A stretch of 64,000 nucleotides of DNA, from NCBI GenBank assembly GCA_964426735.1, contig CAYRRP010000001.1, positions 75,923 to 139,922 of the forward strand, in the 5' to 3' direction. How positions within the stretch are numbered: the stretch's first letter is position 1; each line of letters opens with the position of its first letter. The notes beneath the pieces are model-generated. The model was given only the letters and a program-made list of their open reading frames with translations. It did no database searches and was not told where the DNA came from. Shown in pieces: positions 9,616-17,671 of this stretch. Source of the DNA: an uncultured Candidatus Saccharibacteria bacterium. GTDB taxonomy: Bacteria > Patescibacteriota > Minisyncoccia > Phycocordibacterales > DATDWN01. The position numbers were made by a program, and so were the translations under genes.

Positions 9616-10152
9616 ATGAGTATGGAAGAATTGCCTCAAAATAAAATAGAATTAGCAAGAGAGTTTGCTGACAGAAAATTTAGAGAAACAGGAATAGGAA
9701 ATCATTTTTTGGAAGTATGTCATATTTTACAAAATGATTTTGGAATTGATGATATAGATATCTTAACTGCAGGTCTCCTTCATGATACGTTAGAGGATAC
9801 GAGCGCTACATACGAAGAAATAGAAAGTATTTTTGGGAAAAATGTAGCTGATATGGTAGAAGAAGTAAGTCATCCAAAAAACTACACCGCTGAACAAAAA
9901 GTAGAATATTACGAAAAACTCAAACATATTTCATGGGGTGGAAAAATGATTAAGTTGGCAGATTTTAAATCCCACCTTAAGAGATTTATCGGAGCATTTA
10001 CAGGAGAGAATAACTTAAAGAAATTTACATATAATGAATATTGTCTGTATATTCGTGGTTTTCTAGAGAGTTGTGATGATTCTTCTGCTAAAGAAGAAGT
10101 AACTAATTTAAATGACAAGTTAGAAAGTTATATTATGGGGATAAACAAATAA
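9616..10152 (+). CDS. HD-domain phosphohydrolase, SpoT/Mesh1-like small (p)ppGpp hydrolase-like
   Basis: HFLEVCH ... LLHDTLEDT ... D motif set of the Rel/SpoT hydrolase (HD_4) domain. 178 aa. The promoter-like ATAGTTTGCTATACT directly abuts the ATG. Confidence 0.6.
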   Translation: MSMEELPQNKIELAREFADRKFRETGIGNHFLEVCHILQNDFGIDDIDILTAGLLHDTLEDTSATYEEIESIFGKNVADMVEEVSHPKNYTAEQKVEYYEKLKHISWGGKMIKLADFKSHLKRFIGAFTGENNLKKFTYNEYCLYIRGFLESCDDSSAKEEVTNLNDKLESYIMGINK

Positions 10153-10183
10153 AATGATCAAGTATTTTTCATATAAATAATTT

Positions 10184-10696
10184 ATGAAAATTCTTAGAAC
10201 CATCAGAGATGTAGATATAGGAAGTGGGCTTCAAGAGCCAGAGACTTTTCGTGAACGAAAAGCAAGTCGAGGAGTTATTTTTGATAAAGAAAATAAGGTT
10301 GCTCTCGTGTATTCTGCAAAGAATCAATATCATAAATTGCCAGGAGGGGGAGTAGGTGAGGGAGAAGATTTGGAAGTGGCTTTGCAACGAGAATTGATTG
10401 AAGAAGTTGGATGTAAAGTCGAGAGTATTGAGGAACTTGGAATTGTAGAGGAATATAGAAACAAAATTGGTTTGCATCAGATTTCATATGGTTATATAGC
10501 TCGGGTAGTCGAAAAAGGTACAGCTCAGTTAGAAGCAAATGAGGTTGAGGAAAAATATATCACAAAATGGTTTGATTTAGATGTTGCAATTGAAACTTTG
10601 GAAGCTGAATCAATCACGGATCATTATGATGGTAAGTTTATGTGGATGCGTGACATAACTTTTCTTAAGGAGGCAAGACAAACAAAGTGCAACTAA
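10184..10696 (+). CDS. NUDIX hydrolase
   Basis: Nudix box PGGGVGEGEDLEVALQRELIEEVG. Confidence 0.75.
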   Translation: MKILRTIRDVDIGSGLQEPETFRERKASRGVIFDKENKVALVYSAKNQYHKLPGGGVGEGEDLEVALQRELIEEVGCKVESIEELGIVEEYRNKIGLHQISYGYIARVVEKGTAQLEANEVEEKYITKWFDLDVAIETLEAESITDHYDGKFMWMRDITFLKEARQTKCN

Positions 10697-10714
10697 TTCA
10701 GGTATAATTTAAAT

Positions 10715-11239
10715 ATGGAAGAATTTATATCACCAGAACAAATTAAATTTCCTGAAATAGCTCAAGAAATTAATGAAATGGCTGAGGTTGACCAGAATAT
10801 GCGACAAAGAGAAATCGATGAGCCTGATTTTTGGGATGATTCAGTTGATAAGAAGAATACAGAGAGAATGAAAGAAATAGTTGGGGAAATAGGTTGGCCT
10901 TCAGTTTCAAGAGTTGGAAAGGAGGCTTCAATTGATGCGTGGTTATTGGTTCAGCATGCGGATCATGATGTGGAGTTTCAATCGTATTGTCTGTCTCTCA
11001 TAAATGAATTACCTACGGGTGAAGTCCGTGCTGAAGATATTGCACTTCTTACAGATAGGGTGCGAGTTAATTCAGGTCAACCGCAGGTTTACGGGACTCA
11101 ATTTAGACAAGTGGATGGAAAACATATTCCAAAGGATATTGAGGATATTGAAAATGTAAATGAAAGACGAAAAGCGGTAGGGTTAGATTCTTTAGAAGAG
11201 AATATCGAAAGAATGTATAAAAAGTATCCTTTAAAATAG
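10715..11239 (+). CDS. hypothetical protein (174 aa) inside the nucleotide-hydrolase island
   Basis: ORF with balanced composition, 18 nt after the upstream gene. No assignable motif. Confidence 0.5.
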   Translation: MEEFISPEQIKFPEIAQEINEMAEVDQNMRQREIDEPDFWDDSVDKKNTERMKEIVGEIGWPSVSRVGKEASIDAWLLVQHADHDVEFQSYCLSLINELPTGEVRAEDIALLTDRVRVNSGQPQVYGTQFRQVDGKHIPKDIEDIENVNERRKAVGLDSLEENIERMYKKYPLK

Positions 11240-11330
11240 GATTAAAGAAGTCAGGAGCTATTGTCACGGAGCAGAAAGTGGATTGGTTGTTATGTGCACA
11301 ACCTCCTTTATTAATTGGTATACTTACACT

Positions 11331-11891
11331 ATGAAAATATTTTTAGTGAGACACGGGGAAACCGAAGAAAACGTTGCAGGTCTTTTGATGGGGCAACATC
11401 AAGGAGTGTTGACTGAAAAAGGGAAAACTCAAGCAAGTGAGACTGCTGGTATGTTGAAGGATTATACATTTGCACACATCTATTCTTCCGATTTGAATCG
11501 GTGCGTAGATACTGCTGAAATTATTAAAGAGTTTCATCCTGATACACCTCTGACATTTACTAAAGATCTGAGGGAACGACATCTTGGGATTTTCCAGGGA
11601 CAACCTCACATATCTGTAGACTGGGAAGCGTTACCGGGTACTTGGGATGATAAGAAACCGGAAAATGGTGAGTCTGTGGCTGAGTTGAAAAAGCGAGCGC
11701 TAGATTTTATTGAATACCTCTACACAATTCATCCGAGCGAAAGTATATTGCTTATTTCTCATAATGGATGGATAAAACAAATTATTTCACATTTTTCTGG
11801 TGTGCCATCTAAGGAAGTGGGTAAGGTAGAAAATGCTCAGGTTATTGAAGTTGAAGTGGGTGAAAATCTAGAAGGGAAAATTTTGAACTAG
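11331..11891 (+). CDS. histidine phosphatase family protein (phosphoglycerate mutase-like)
   Basis: MKIFLVRHGETEEN (RHG catalytic motif) at the ATG at 11331. 186 aa. Confidence 0.75.
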   Translation: MKIFLVRHGETEENVAGLLMGQHQGVLTEKGKTQASETAGMLKDYTFAHIYSSDLNRCVDTAEIIKEFHPDTPLTFTKDLRERHLGIFQGQPHISVDWEALPGTWDDKKPENGESVAELKKRALDFIEYLYTIHPSESILLISHNGWIKQIISHFSGVPSKEVGKVENAQVIEVEVGENLEGKILN

Positions 11892-11896
11892 TATAT

Positions 11897-12385
11897 ATGC
11901 AAATCGTATCAACTATCACTAATAAACAAGGAGAGACTTTTAAATCTATCTATCATGAAGGTGAAAATCCTAATGAAAATTTAGATGGAGTTATTTTGCC
12001 TGGCTCAGGCGGACATTGTTTTTGTGGTGACAAGTTGGTAATTGTAAAATCCGGTAATGATTGGGGTTTTCCAGGGGGTGGAATTGAAAAAGGAGAGACA
12101 TGGCAGGATGCTGTCGCACGGGAGGTAAAAGAAGAAGCAAATATGAAAGTGGTACACCACGAGCTTATTGGCTACCAAGACTTTTTTATGAAAAAACACA
12201 CATTGCGCCATGTGCACTCTCTCTGTATTGTCGAGCCGTATGGAGACTTTGAATCTGATCCAGATAACGATATTACGGAGATAAAACTCATTGATCCGAA
12301 AGATTTTAAAGAATACATCAACTGGGGTGAAGTTGGTGATTATCTAATGAAACAAGCTTTGGAAATGAAAGATTTGATAAAATGA
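11897..12385 (+). CDS. NUDIX hydrolase (paralog 3)
   Basis: Nudix box PGGGIEKGETWQDAVAREVKEEAN. C-terminal block PYGDFESDPDNDITEIKLIDPKDF is shared with the 7196 and 7686 paralogs. Confidence 0.8.
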   Translation: MQIVSTITNKQGETFKSIYHEGENPNENLDGVILPGSGGHCFCGDKLVIVKSGNDWGFPGGGIEKGETWQDAVAREVKEEANMKVVHHELIGYQDFFMKKHTLRHVHSLCIVEPYGDFESDPDNDITEIKLIDPKDFKEYINWGEVGDYLMKQALEMKDLIK

Positions 12386-12512
12386 TTTGATTACTAAGAA
12401 CCCATCATTAGGTTTGTTTACTTAAATTTGTTGTCCAACAGAAAAATAATAGAAGTAAGAAAACGCTTGTGTTTTTAATAAAAAATGGTATTGTAAATTT
12501 TGAGGTGCTCTG

Positions 12513-12857
12513 ATGTTATATTACGAAAGTGCAGTACAATGTCCGCAAGAAGGAAGCTTGGGTGAATCTCTAGTTCAGGTTGTCTCAGAAGAAGACGGAG
12601 TCTATCTTATTGTTCTTCCGGACGGAGTCACTCCTGGGAGACGAGAAGCTGCAGAGAAGTTTGCAGAGGCAGTTGCGAACCTTCGTGCAAGAGCTCCTGG
12701 TTGTTCATTTTCTTTCACTCCGTTTGATTATGAGTCATCTAAGGAATCTAGCGGCGTCACATCGTGGCTAGCAGTTCGAGGACGTGTTTTGCCACGACGA
12801 TTGAGTTTGATGGATAGGATGCTGAGAGTACTTGCTCTACCGTCAGTGAGATATTAA
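12513..12857 (+). CDS. hypothetical small protein (GC-elevated)
   Basis: 114 aa. RBS GAGGTG 6 nt upstream. Own rho-independent terminator. Locally elevated GC. Confidence 0.4.
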   Translation: MLYYESAVQCPQEGSLGESLVQVVSEEDGVYLIVLPDGVTPGRREAAEKFAEAVANLRARAPGCSFSFTPFDYESSKESSGVTSWLAVRGRVLPRRLSLMDRMLRVLALPSVRY

Positions 12858-12862
12858 CTTAA

Positions 12863-12905
12863 CCGCCCGCGAGAGCCAAACGCTTTCGCGGGCGGCTTTC
12901 ATTTA
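12863..12905 (+). terminator. rho-independent terminator
   Basis: CCGCCCGCGAGAGCCAAACGCTTTCGCGGGCGG followed by a T-run. Confidence 0.75.
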
Positions 12906-12989
12906 TACGTAAAATATAACTTTGTTATAGGTTGCGATTGTAATTTTAAATAAAATACTGTAGAAATATACCTAGAAAGGGAAACATCC

Positions 12990-13301
12990 ATGGGTAGTAA
13001 TTATTATGCTAAAAGATTCGGCAAAGTGGTGTCTGCCACTGAAGATCAGGTGACTGAGATACTGCAGGTCAACACGAAAGCAGCTGCAGCAAAAGAGTAT
13101 GTTCTCCAGTGCATGCCGGAGGTCAGAATCAACAGAAATGAAGAAGTTTATTGCCCTTACGCAGCATGTGGAGCCCAACAATCTTCGCTCACGATCGGAA
13201 TTCATACGTGTCGAAACAGCAAGTGTGGCAGAATGTTTAGGGTGCCGGACACTGCCACCAATCGGCGGATCAGAAAAGAACTCCAACACGATAGGTTTTG
13301 A
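12990..13301 (+). CDS. small cysteine-rich (zinc-ribbon-like) hypothetical protein
   Basis: 103 aa. C-x4-C ... C-x4-C arrangement (CPYAACGAQ ... CRNSKCGRMF). RBS AAAGGGAAA. Own terminator at 13334-13367. GC-elevated. Confidence 0.4.
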   Translation: MGSNYYAKRFGKVVSATEDQVTEILQVNTKAAAAKEYVLQCMPEVRINRNEEVYCPYAACGAQQSSLTIGIHTCRNSKCGRMFRVPDTATNRRIRKELQHDRF

Positions 13302-13333
13302 CATCCTTTATTGTTGGCTCAAAGGTGGCTTTA

Positions 13334-13367
13334 ATCGGAGTTGTTTTGCAACAACTCCGATTTTTTG
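13334..13367 (+). terminator. rho-independent terminator
   Basis: ATCGGAGTTGTTTTGCAACAACTCCGAT followed by TTTTTTG. Confidence 0.75.
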
Positions 13368-13455
13368 TATTCGATATTTGCTACCCTCTATTTTCTCAAA
13401 CTTTGGTATTTTTTATAAATTCAAATCTAAACAAATAGTTTGCTATACTAACACC

Positions 13456-14055
13456 ATGAAAAAACAAGTTGTTGTTATCCATGGTGGAGATACATTTGAA
13501 AATTATGAGGCGTATGTCGATTTTCTAAAAAATTTTGAAATTGATCTTGAGAGATATAAGACAAGTAAAAATGATTGGAAGCCGTGGCTCAGGCAAAAAC
13601 TCGGAGAGGAGTATGAGGTTATATTGCCTACAATGCCAAACAAGACAAATGCACAGTTTGGAGAGTGGAAACTCTGGTTTGAGAAAATAATTCCACTGTT
13701 AAATGATCAGGTTGTATTGGTAGGGCATTCTCTCGGAGCGTCTTTTTTGGTTAAATATTTATCGGAAAATATATTTCCAAAAAAGATACAAGGTGTATTT
13801 CTCGTAAGCGGGGTTTTTGATACAGATTCGGAAGGGTATTTGTTGTGGAGTTTTGCATTACCAGAAAAGCTCGACTTGCAGACAGAACATATATACCTCT
13901 ATCACAGCAAAGATGATCCTGTTGTACCATTTTCTGCTCTTGGGGATTTTATGAATGTGTTACCTGGTGCTCATGCGAGAGTGTTTGAAGACAGGAGACA
14001 TATAAACCAAGAAGAATTTCCAGAACTCGCCGAAGATATTTTAAGTGTGGAATAA
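13456..14055 (+). CDS. alpha/beta serine hydrolase (RBBP9/YdeN family)
   Basis: VVVIHGGDT ... LVGHSLGAS (GxSxG nucleophile elbow) ... D/H pattern. TATACT-N6-ATG leaderless promoter arrangement. Confidence 0.7.
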   Translation: MKKQVVVIHGGDTFENYEAYVDFLKNFEIDLERYKTSKNDWKPWLRQKLGEEYEVILPTMPNKTNAQFGEWKLWFEKIIPLLNDQVVLVGHSLGASFLVKYLSENIFPKKIQGVFLVSGVFDTDSEGYLLWSFALPEKLDLQTEHIYLYHSKDDPVVPFSALGDFMNVLPGAHARVFEDRRHINQEEFPELAEDILSVE

Positions 14056-14069
14056 CATATATGTAATAT

Positions 14070-14330
14070 ATGAAAGATTTCAAACCAAAACATACTCCTT
14101 TTGTTGTGTTGGGTATACTGTCTCTCGTATGCTCGCGTATATTATTTTCATTGTTTAATGACCCTGAGGGTGCAAATCTACTTGTGGTTGTAGTAATGGC
14201 ATTGATTATGTATTTCTTGTCGCTGACTCCGTATATACTTGTGGCTTCACTCAATAGTCAGAGTAAATTTTTAGGTGGGATTTTGATTCAAATAGTATCA
14301 CTTGTCACTTTCTGGGTGTATTTAAAATAG
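14070..14330 (+). CDS. small membrane protein
   Basis: 86 aa with 2-3 TM helices. Confidence 0.4.
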   Translation: MKDFKPKHTPFVVLGILSLVCSRILFSLFNDPEGANLLVVVVMALIMYFLSLTPYILVASLNSQSKFLGGILIQIVSLVTFWVYLK

Positions 14331-14402
14331 GTTACGTATAGTATATAGAAGTGAGATAAGGTATTCCTATAAAATTAATATAACTTTGGTATACTTAAAT
14401 TC

Positions 14403-15275
14403 ATGTTCGTTATTCCTAAGAAAAAAAGTATACAAGTTGCTAGCATACTTTCTGTGGTAGTGTTTTTTTACCTGGTTATCGTAGTAGATGTATTTCATAT
14501 TATCGGTACAGCTGAGCAGTCCCAAGTGGGTACAGTGGCACTTTCTACTACACAACAAAGCGTGCCTCCAAGTGAACAAGATTTGCTTGGTAAGGCAGAA
14601 TTGAGTTATGCAGGAGGGACGATAGGGAGAAATAAAAATATTGAACTAGGTGCATCTTTGATTGACGGTACAGTTGTTTTTCCTGGAGAGGAATTTTCGT
14701 TTATTAAAGCGTTGGGAGAGGTTACTGAAGAAGGTGGTTTTAGTAATGAAAAAGTCTTTCTCAATGGTGAAGTAACAAAGGGGATTGGTGGCGGACTTTG
14801 TCAGGTATCAACAACTCTTTTCAGAGGCATACTTGAAGCTGGTTTTCCTGTAACCGAGCGGCACAATCATAGCTATACTGTTTCTCGATACGATGCTGGT
14901 CTCGATGCAACATATTCAGATCCTGGTGTTGATTTGAAATTTTTAAACGATATGAAGTATCCAGTGGTAGTGCGTGCAAAAACAGAAGAACAAAAAGTGG
15001 TTATTGAACTTCGTGGTATTTCTGACGGAAGAGTTGCGAGTACAACAGAACCAGAAATTATACATATCGTTGACGTACCACCTCCACGTATTGTTGCTAC
15101 CACCACCGTCTTTAAAAAAGGACAAGAATGTGTAAATAGTCCACAGATTGGCTATACCGCAAAGGTAGAATATAGTATTTTTTATCCAGACAATACAGTA
15201 AAAGAGCAAATCTTTTCTTCTACATATAAACCATTGCAAAGAATATGTTACGTGATGGCGACAAGTACGCAATAA
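14403..15275 (+). CDS. VanW family protein
   Basis: N-terminal TM helix and the VanW signature GGGLCQVSTTLF. Confidence 0.75.
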   Translation: MFVIPKKKSIQVASILSVVVFFYLVIVVDVFHIIGTAEQSQVGTVALSTTQQSVPPSEQDLLGKAELSYAGGTIGRNKNIELGASLIDGTVVFPGEEFSFIKALGEVTEEGGFSNEKVFLNGEVTKGIGGGLCQVSTTLFRGILEAGFPVTERHNHSYTVSRYDAGLDATYSDPGVDLKFLNDMKYPVVVRAKTEEQKVVIELRGISDGRVASTTEPEIIHIVDVPPPRIVATTTVFKKGQECVNSPQIGYTAKVEYSIFYPDNTVKEQIFSSTYKPLQRICYVMATSTQ

Positions 15276-15288
15276 TATAGACAATACT

Positions 15289-16119
15289 ATGATTAAAAAA
15301 ATACTACGAGTGGTGATTGTTGTTTGTGTAGGGGTTGTTGTGTGGTGTGTATTTTTGAAACCAGTGCCACTTACAGGGGATTGGCAAGAGCATCTCAAAA
15401 TAGCTTCAACTGCAGAATTTAATGGTGATACTGTTACCGTTAAGAATGTAAGAAATTTTAGGTATTACCCTCAGGAGAAAGATATGCATCCTGGATATTA
15501 TGATCGTACCTACAATCTCAATGAAGTAACACAAGTGTGGTATGTAGCAGAACCATTTAATGAAAATGAATCAGCAGCACATACATTTGTTTCTTTTGAA
15601 TTTAAAAATGGCGATTTTCTTTCTATTAGTATAGAGGCACGAAAAACAAAAGAACAAACATACAGTATTTGGAAAGGTTTTTTGCGTACGTATCCGCTTA
15701 TCTATATTGCTGCCGATGAACGAGACGTGATACTTCTTCGTGCAAATCTTCGAAAAGACAAGGTGTATGTATATCCAGTAAAATTTGAAAAACCAGAAAA
15801 TAGACGACTCTTGTTGGTAGATATGCTCACACGAATGAATGAACTTACTACAACAAAGCCTGCGTGGTATAACACATTATTTGCAAATTGTACGTCGAGT
15901 ATTGCGGGGCATGTAAATAAGCTCTCGCCAGGGCGCATTTCTATTTTCTCATGGGAACTCTGGCTCACCGCTTCTGCCGATGAGCTTGCACTTGAGCATG
16001 GACTACTTGATACTGATTTGTCTATTGAAAAAGCTCGTGAAAAATATTCAATCAATGAAACGTCTCTCAGGGTGGGGGATGTGCCAGAGTATTCCACAGA
16101 AATTCGAAAATTTAAATGA
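15289..16119 (+). CDS. DUF4105-like membrane-anchored protein
   Basis: N-terminal TM helix, about 270 aa, conserved NCTS motif region reminiscent of DUF4105 (Lnb N-terminal domain). Confidence 0.45.
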   Translation: MIKKILRVVIVVCVGVVVWCVFLKPVPLTGDWQEHLKIASTAEFNGDTVTVKNVRNFRYYPQEKDMHPGYYDRTYNLNEVTQVWYVAEPFNENESAAHTFVSFEFKNGDFLSISIEARKTKEQTYSIWKGFLRTYPLIYIAADERDVILLRANLRKDKVYVYPVKFEKPENRRLLLVDMLTRMNELTTTKPAWYNTLFANCTSSIAGHVNKLSPGRISIFSWELWLTASADELALEHGLLDTDLSIEKAREKYSINETSLRVGDVPEYSTEIRKFK

Positions 16120-16226
16120 TATACTTATTGTATATAAATAATTGTAATTTTATGGCAAAAGGAAACACACATACAAAAGAAAAAAAGAAACCAAAAAAGC
16201 CAAAGGCTAAATAGTCTGAAGCGACA

Positions 16227-16262
16227 AAAAACCTTCTCTGTTTAAAGAAAAGGTTTTTTGTT
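16227..16262 (+). terminator. rho-independent terminator
   Basis: AAAAACCTTCTCTGTTTAAAGAAAAGGTTTTTTG. Confidence 0.6.
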
Positions 16263-16273
16263 AGAATAGTTGC

Positions 16274-16840
16274 ATGTTTGATTTTATTGATCCGAAGACT
16301 ATATACACAATTATTCATGTGTTTGGGGCGATTTTAGGAGCCGGAGGGGCATTTGTGAGTGATGGTATGTTTTTTGACACTATCAAAGATGGAAGAGTGA
16401 CAAAACGTGAGCTTGATTTTATGAAGCTCGGAGGGAGGTTTGTGTGGACGGGGCTTTTTGTACTCCTTATATCAGGTATATTTCTTGTATCTACCGACCC
16501 TGCGCGTTATCTTGTATCAGATAAATTTATTGCTAAAGTTGTTATTGTTGCCGTGATTGTATTAAATGGAATTATATTTCATACTATTCATATTCCTCAT
16601 ATCAGAAATCATCTCGGTATTAAACTTAAAGAGTCAGAGACTTTTCTAAAAAAATCTTCATTTATCATGGCGAGTGGTGCACTCTCACTCGTCTCATGGG
16701 TGGTGACAGTAATCCTCGGAAGTCTTCGTCATGTTCCATACAATTACGCTGAAATATTGAGTGTGTATGTGGTGTGCGTGACAGTCGCTATTGTGGGGGC
16801 ATTGACTATGAAAAGAGTGGTGTTGCATATTAAAAATTAA
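16274..16840 (+). CDS. polytopic membrane protein
   Basis: 188 aa with about 5 TM helices. Confidence 0.5.
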   Translation: MFDFIDPKTIYTIIHVFGAILGAGGAFVSDGMFFDTIKDGRVTKRELDFMKLGGRFVWTGLFVLLISGIFLVSTDPARYLVSDKFIAKVVIVAVIVLNGIIFHTIHIPHIRNHLGIKLKESETFLKKSSFIMASGALSLVSWVVTVILGSLRHVPYNYAEILSVYVVCVTVAIVGALTMKRVVLHIKN

Positions 16841-16850
16841 AAAATTATGT

Positions 16851-17255
16851 ATGAAAGAAGATGCATTGTTTTATGTTGGACAGAAAGCATTTATTAAAAA
16901 AGGTGATGAAGTACTAGTGCTTGGAGATCCTGTTGAAGGACTCGATTACCCTGGTGGGAAAATTCAGGAAGGTGAATTTGATTTGGTAGAGTCATTAAAA
17001 AGAGAAGTAAGAGAAGAAACAGGGTTAGAGATTTCAGTTGGTGAACCTTTTGCAACATGGACAAATGTATTTCCTGCACAGCATCGCCTTGCAGGGAAGC
17101 GAGTATTTTTAGTGGGGTATAGATGTGGGTATGTATCTGGAGAAGTTCAGTTGAGTAACGAACATGATAAATTTTCTTGGGTTACAAAAGATAACTTTAA
17201 TACAGTAGATGATGGCACATCATATTTTGAAATTTTAAAGAAGTACTTTGCATAA
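16851..17255 (+). CDS. NUDIX hydrolase
   Basis: Nudix box PGGKIQEGEFDLVESLKREVREETGL. Confidence 0.75.
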   Translation: MKEDALFYVGQKAFIKKGDEVLVLGDPVEGLDYPGGKIQEGEFDLVESLKREVREETGLEISVGEPFATWTNVFPAQHRLAGKRVFLVGYRCGYVSGEVQLSNEHDKFSWVTKDNFNTVDDGTSYFEILKKYFA

Positions 17256-17544
17256 ATCTCAAACATTCACATTCACATCAGAAGTTTGGAAATGGCCGGG
17301 GTTTGCAGGGTGGCATTTTGTGACGTTATCAAAGAAAATATCCGCAGAGATTAAGAAAAATGGAAAGCCGTATGGTGCGGGGTTTGTGAAAGTGGAAGTG
17401 GTGGTGAGGAAGTCGACATGGACTACTGCACTTTTCCCACATAAAGATTCCGAGGGGTATCTTCTCTCAATCAAGAAAAAAGTCCGAGAAAAAGAAAATA
17501 TTTGGGAGGGAGATAAGGTGAACGTACGAATAACATTGGTGTAA
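17248..17544 (+). CDS. DUF1905 domain protein
   Basis: 98 aa. W..F..V...A ... V.V.V ... W.T.L.P...G ... EGD.V pattern typical of DUF1905. Confidence 0.5.
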   Translation: MHKSQTFTFTSEVWKWPGFAGWHFVTLSKKISAEIKKNGKPYGAGFVKVEVVVRKSTWTTALFPHKDSEGYLLSIKKKVREKENIWEGDKVNVRITLV

Positions 17545-17567
17545 AAACCTGGTATACTATTTCCATG

Positions 17568-17671
17568 ATCCCGTTAGAAATAACGGAAATCGATTGATGG
17601 TGGTATATTATTAACATATTAAATACATAGAGGAATTATAGATAGCTGTAATTTCCTATTTCTAACGGGAT
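17568..17671 (+). promoter_or_regulatory. long-range inverted repeat enclosing the 5' region of the FAD oxidase gene
   Basis: Left arm ATCCCGTTAGAAATAACGGAAAT (17568-17590) and right arm ATTTCCTATTTCTAACGGGAT (17651-17671). The right arm abuts the ATG at 17670. The promoter-like TGGTATACT at 17550 lies just upstream. Confidence 0.4.

Noticed and set aside
16152-16214. 20-codon Lys-rich mini-ORF MAKGNTHTKEKKKPKKPKAK just upstream of the terminator at 16227
   Set aside because: No SD and no -10/ATG leaderless arrangement. Too short and low-complexity to support without conservation data. Left as unconfirmed.
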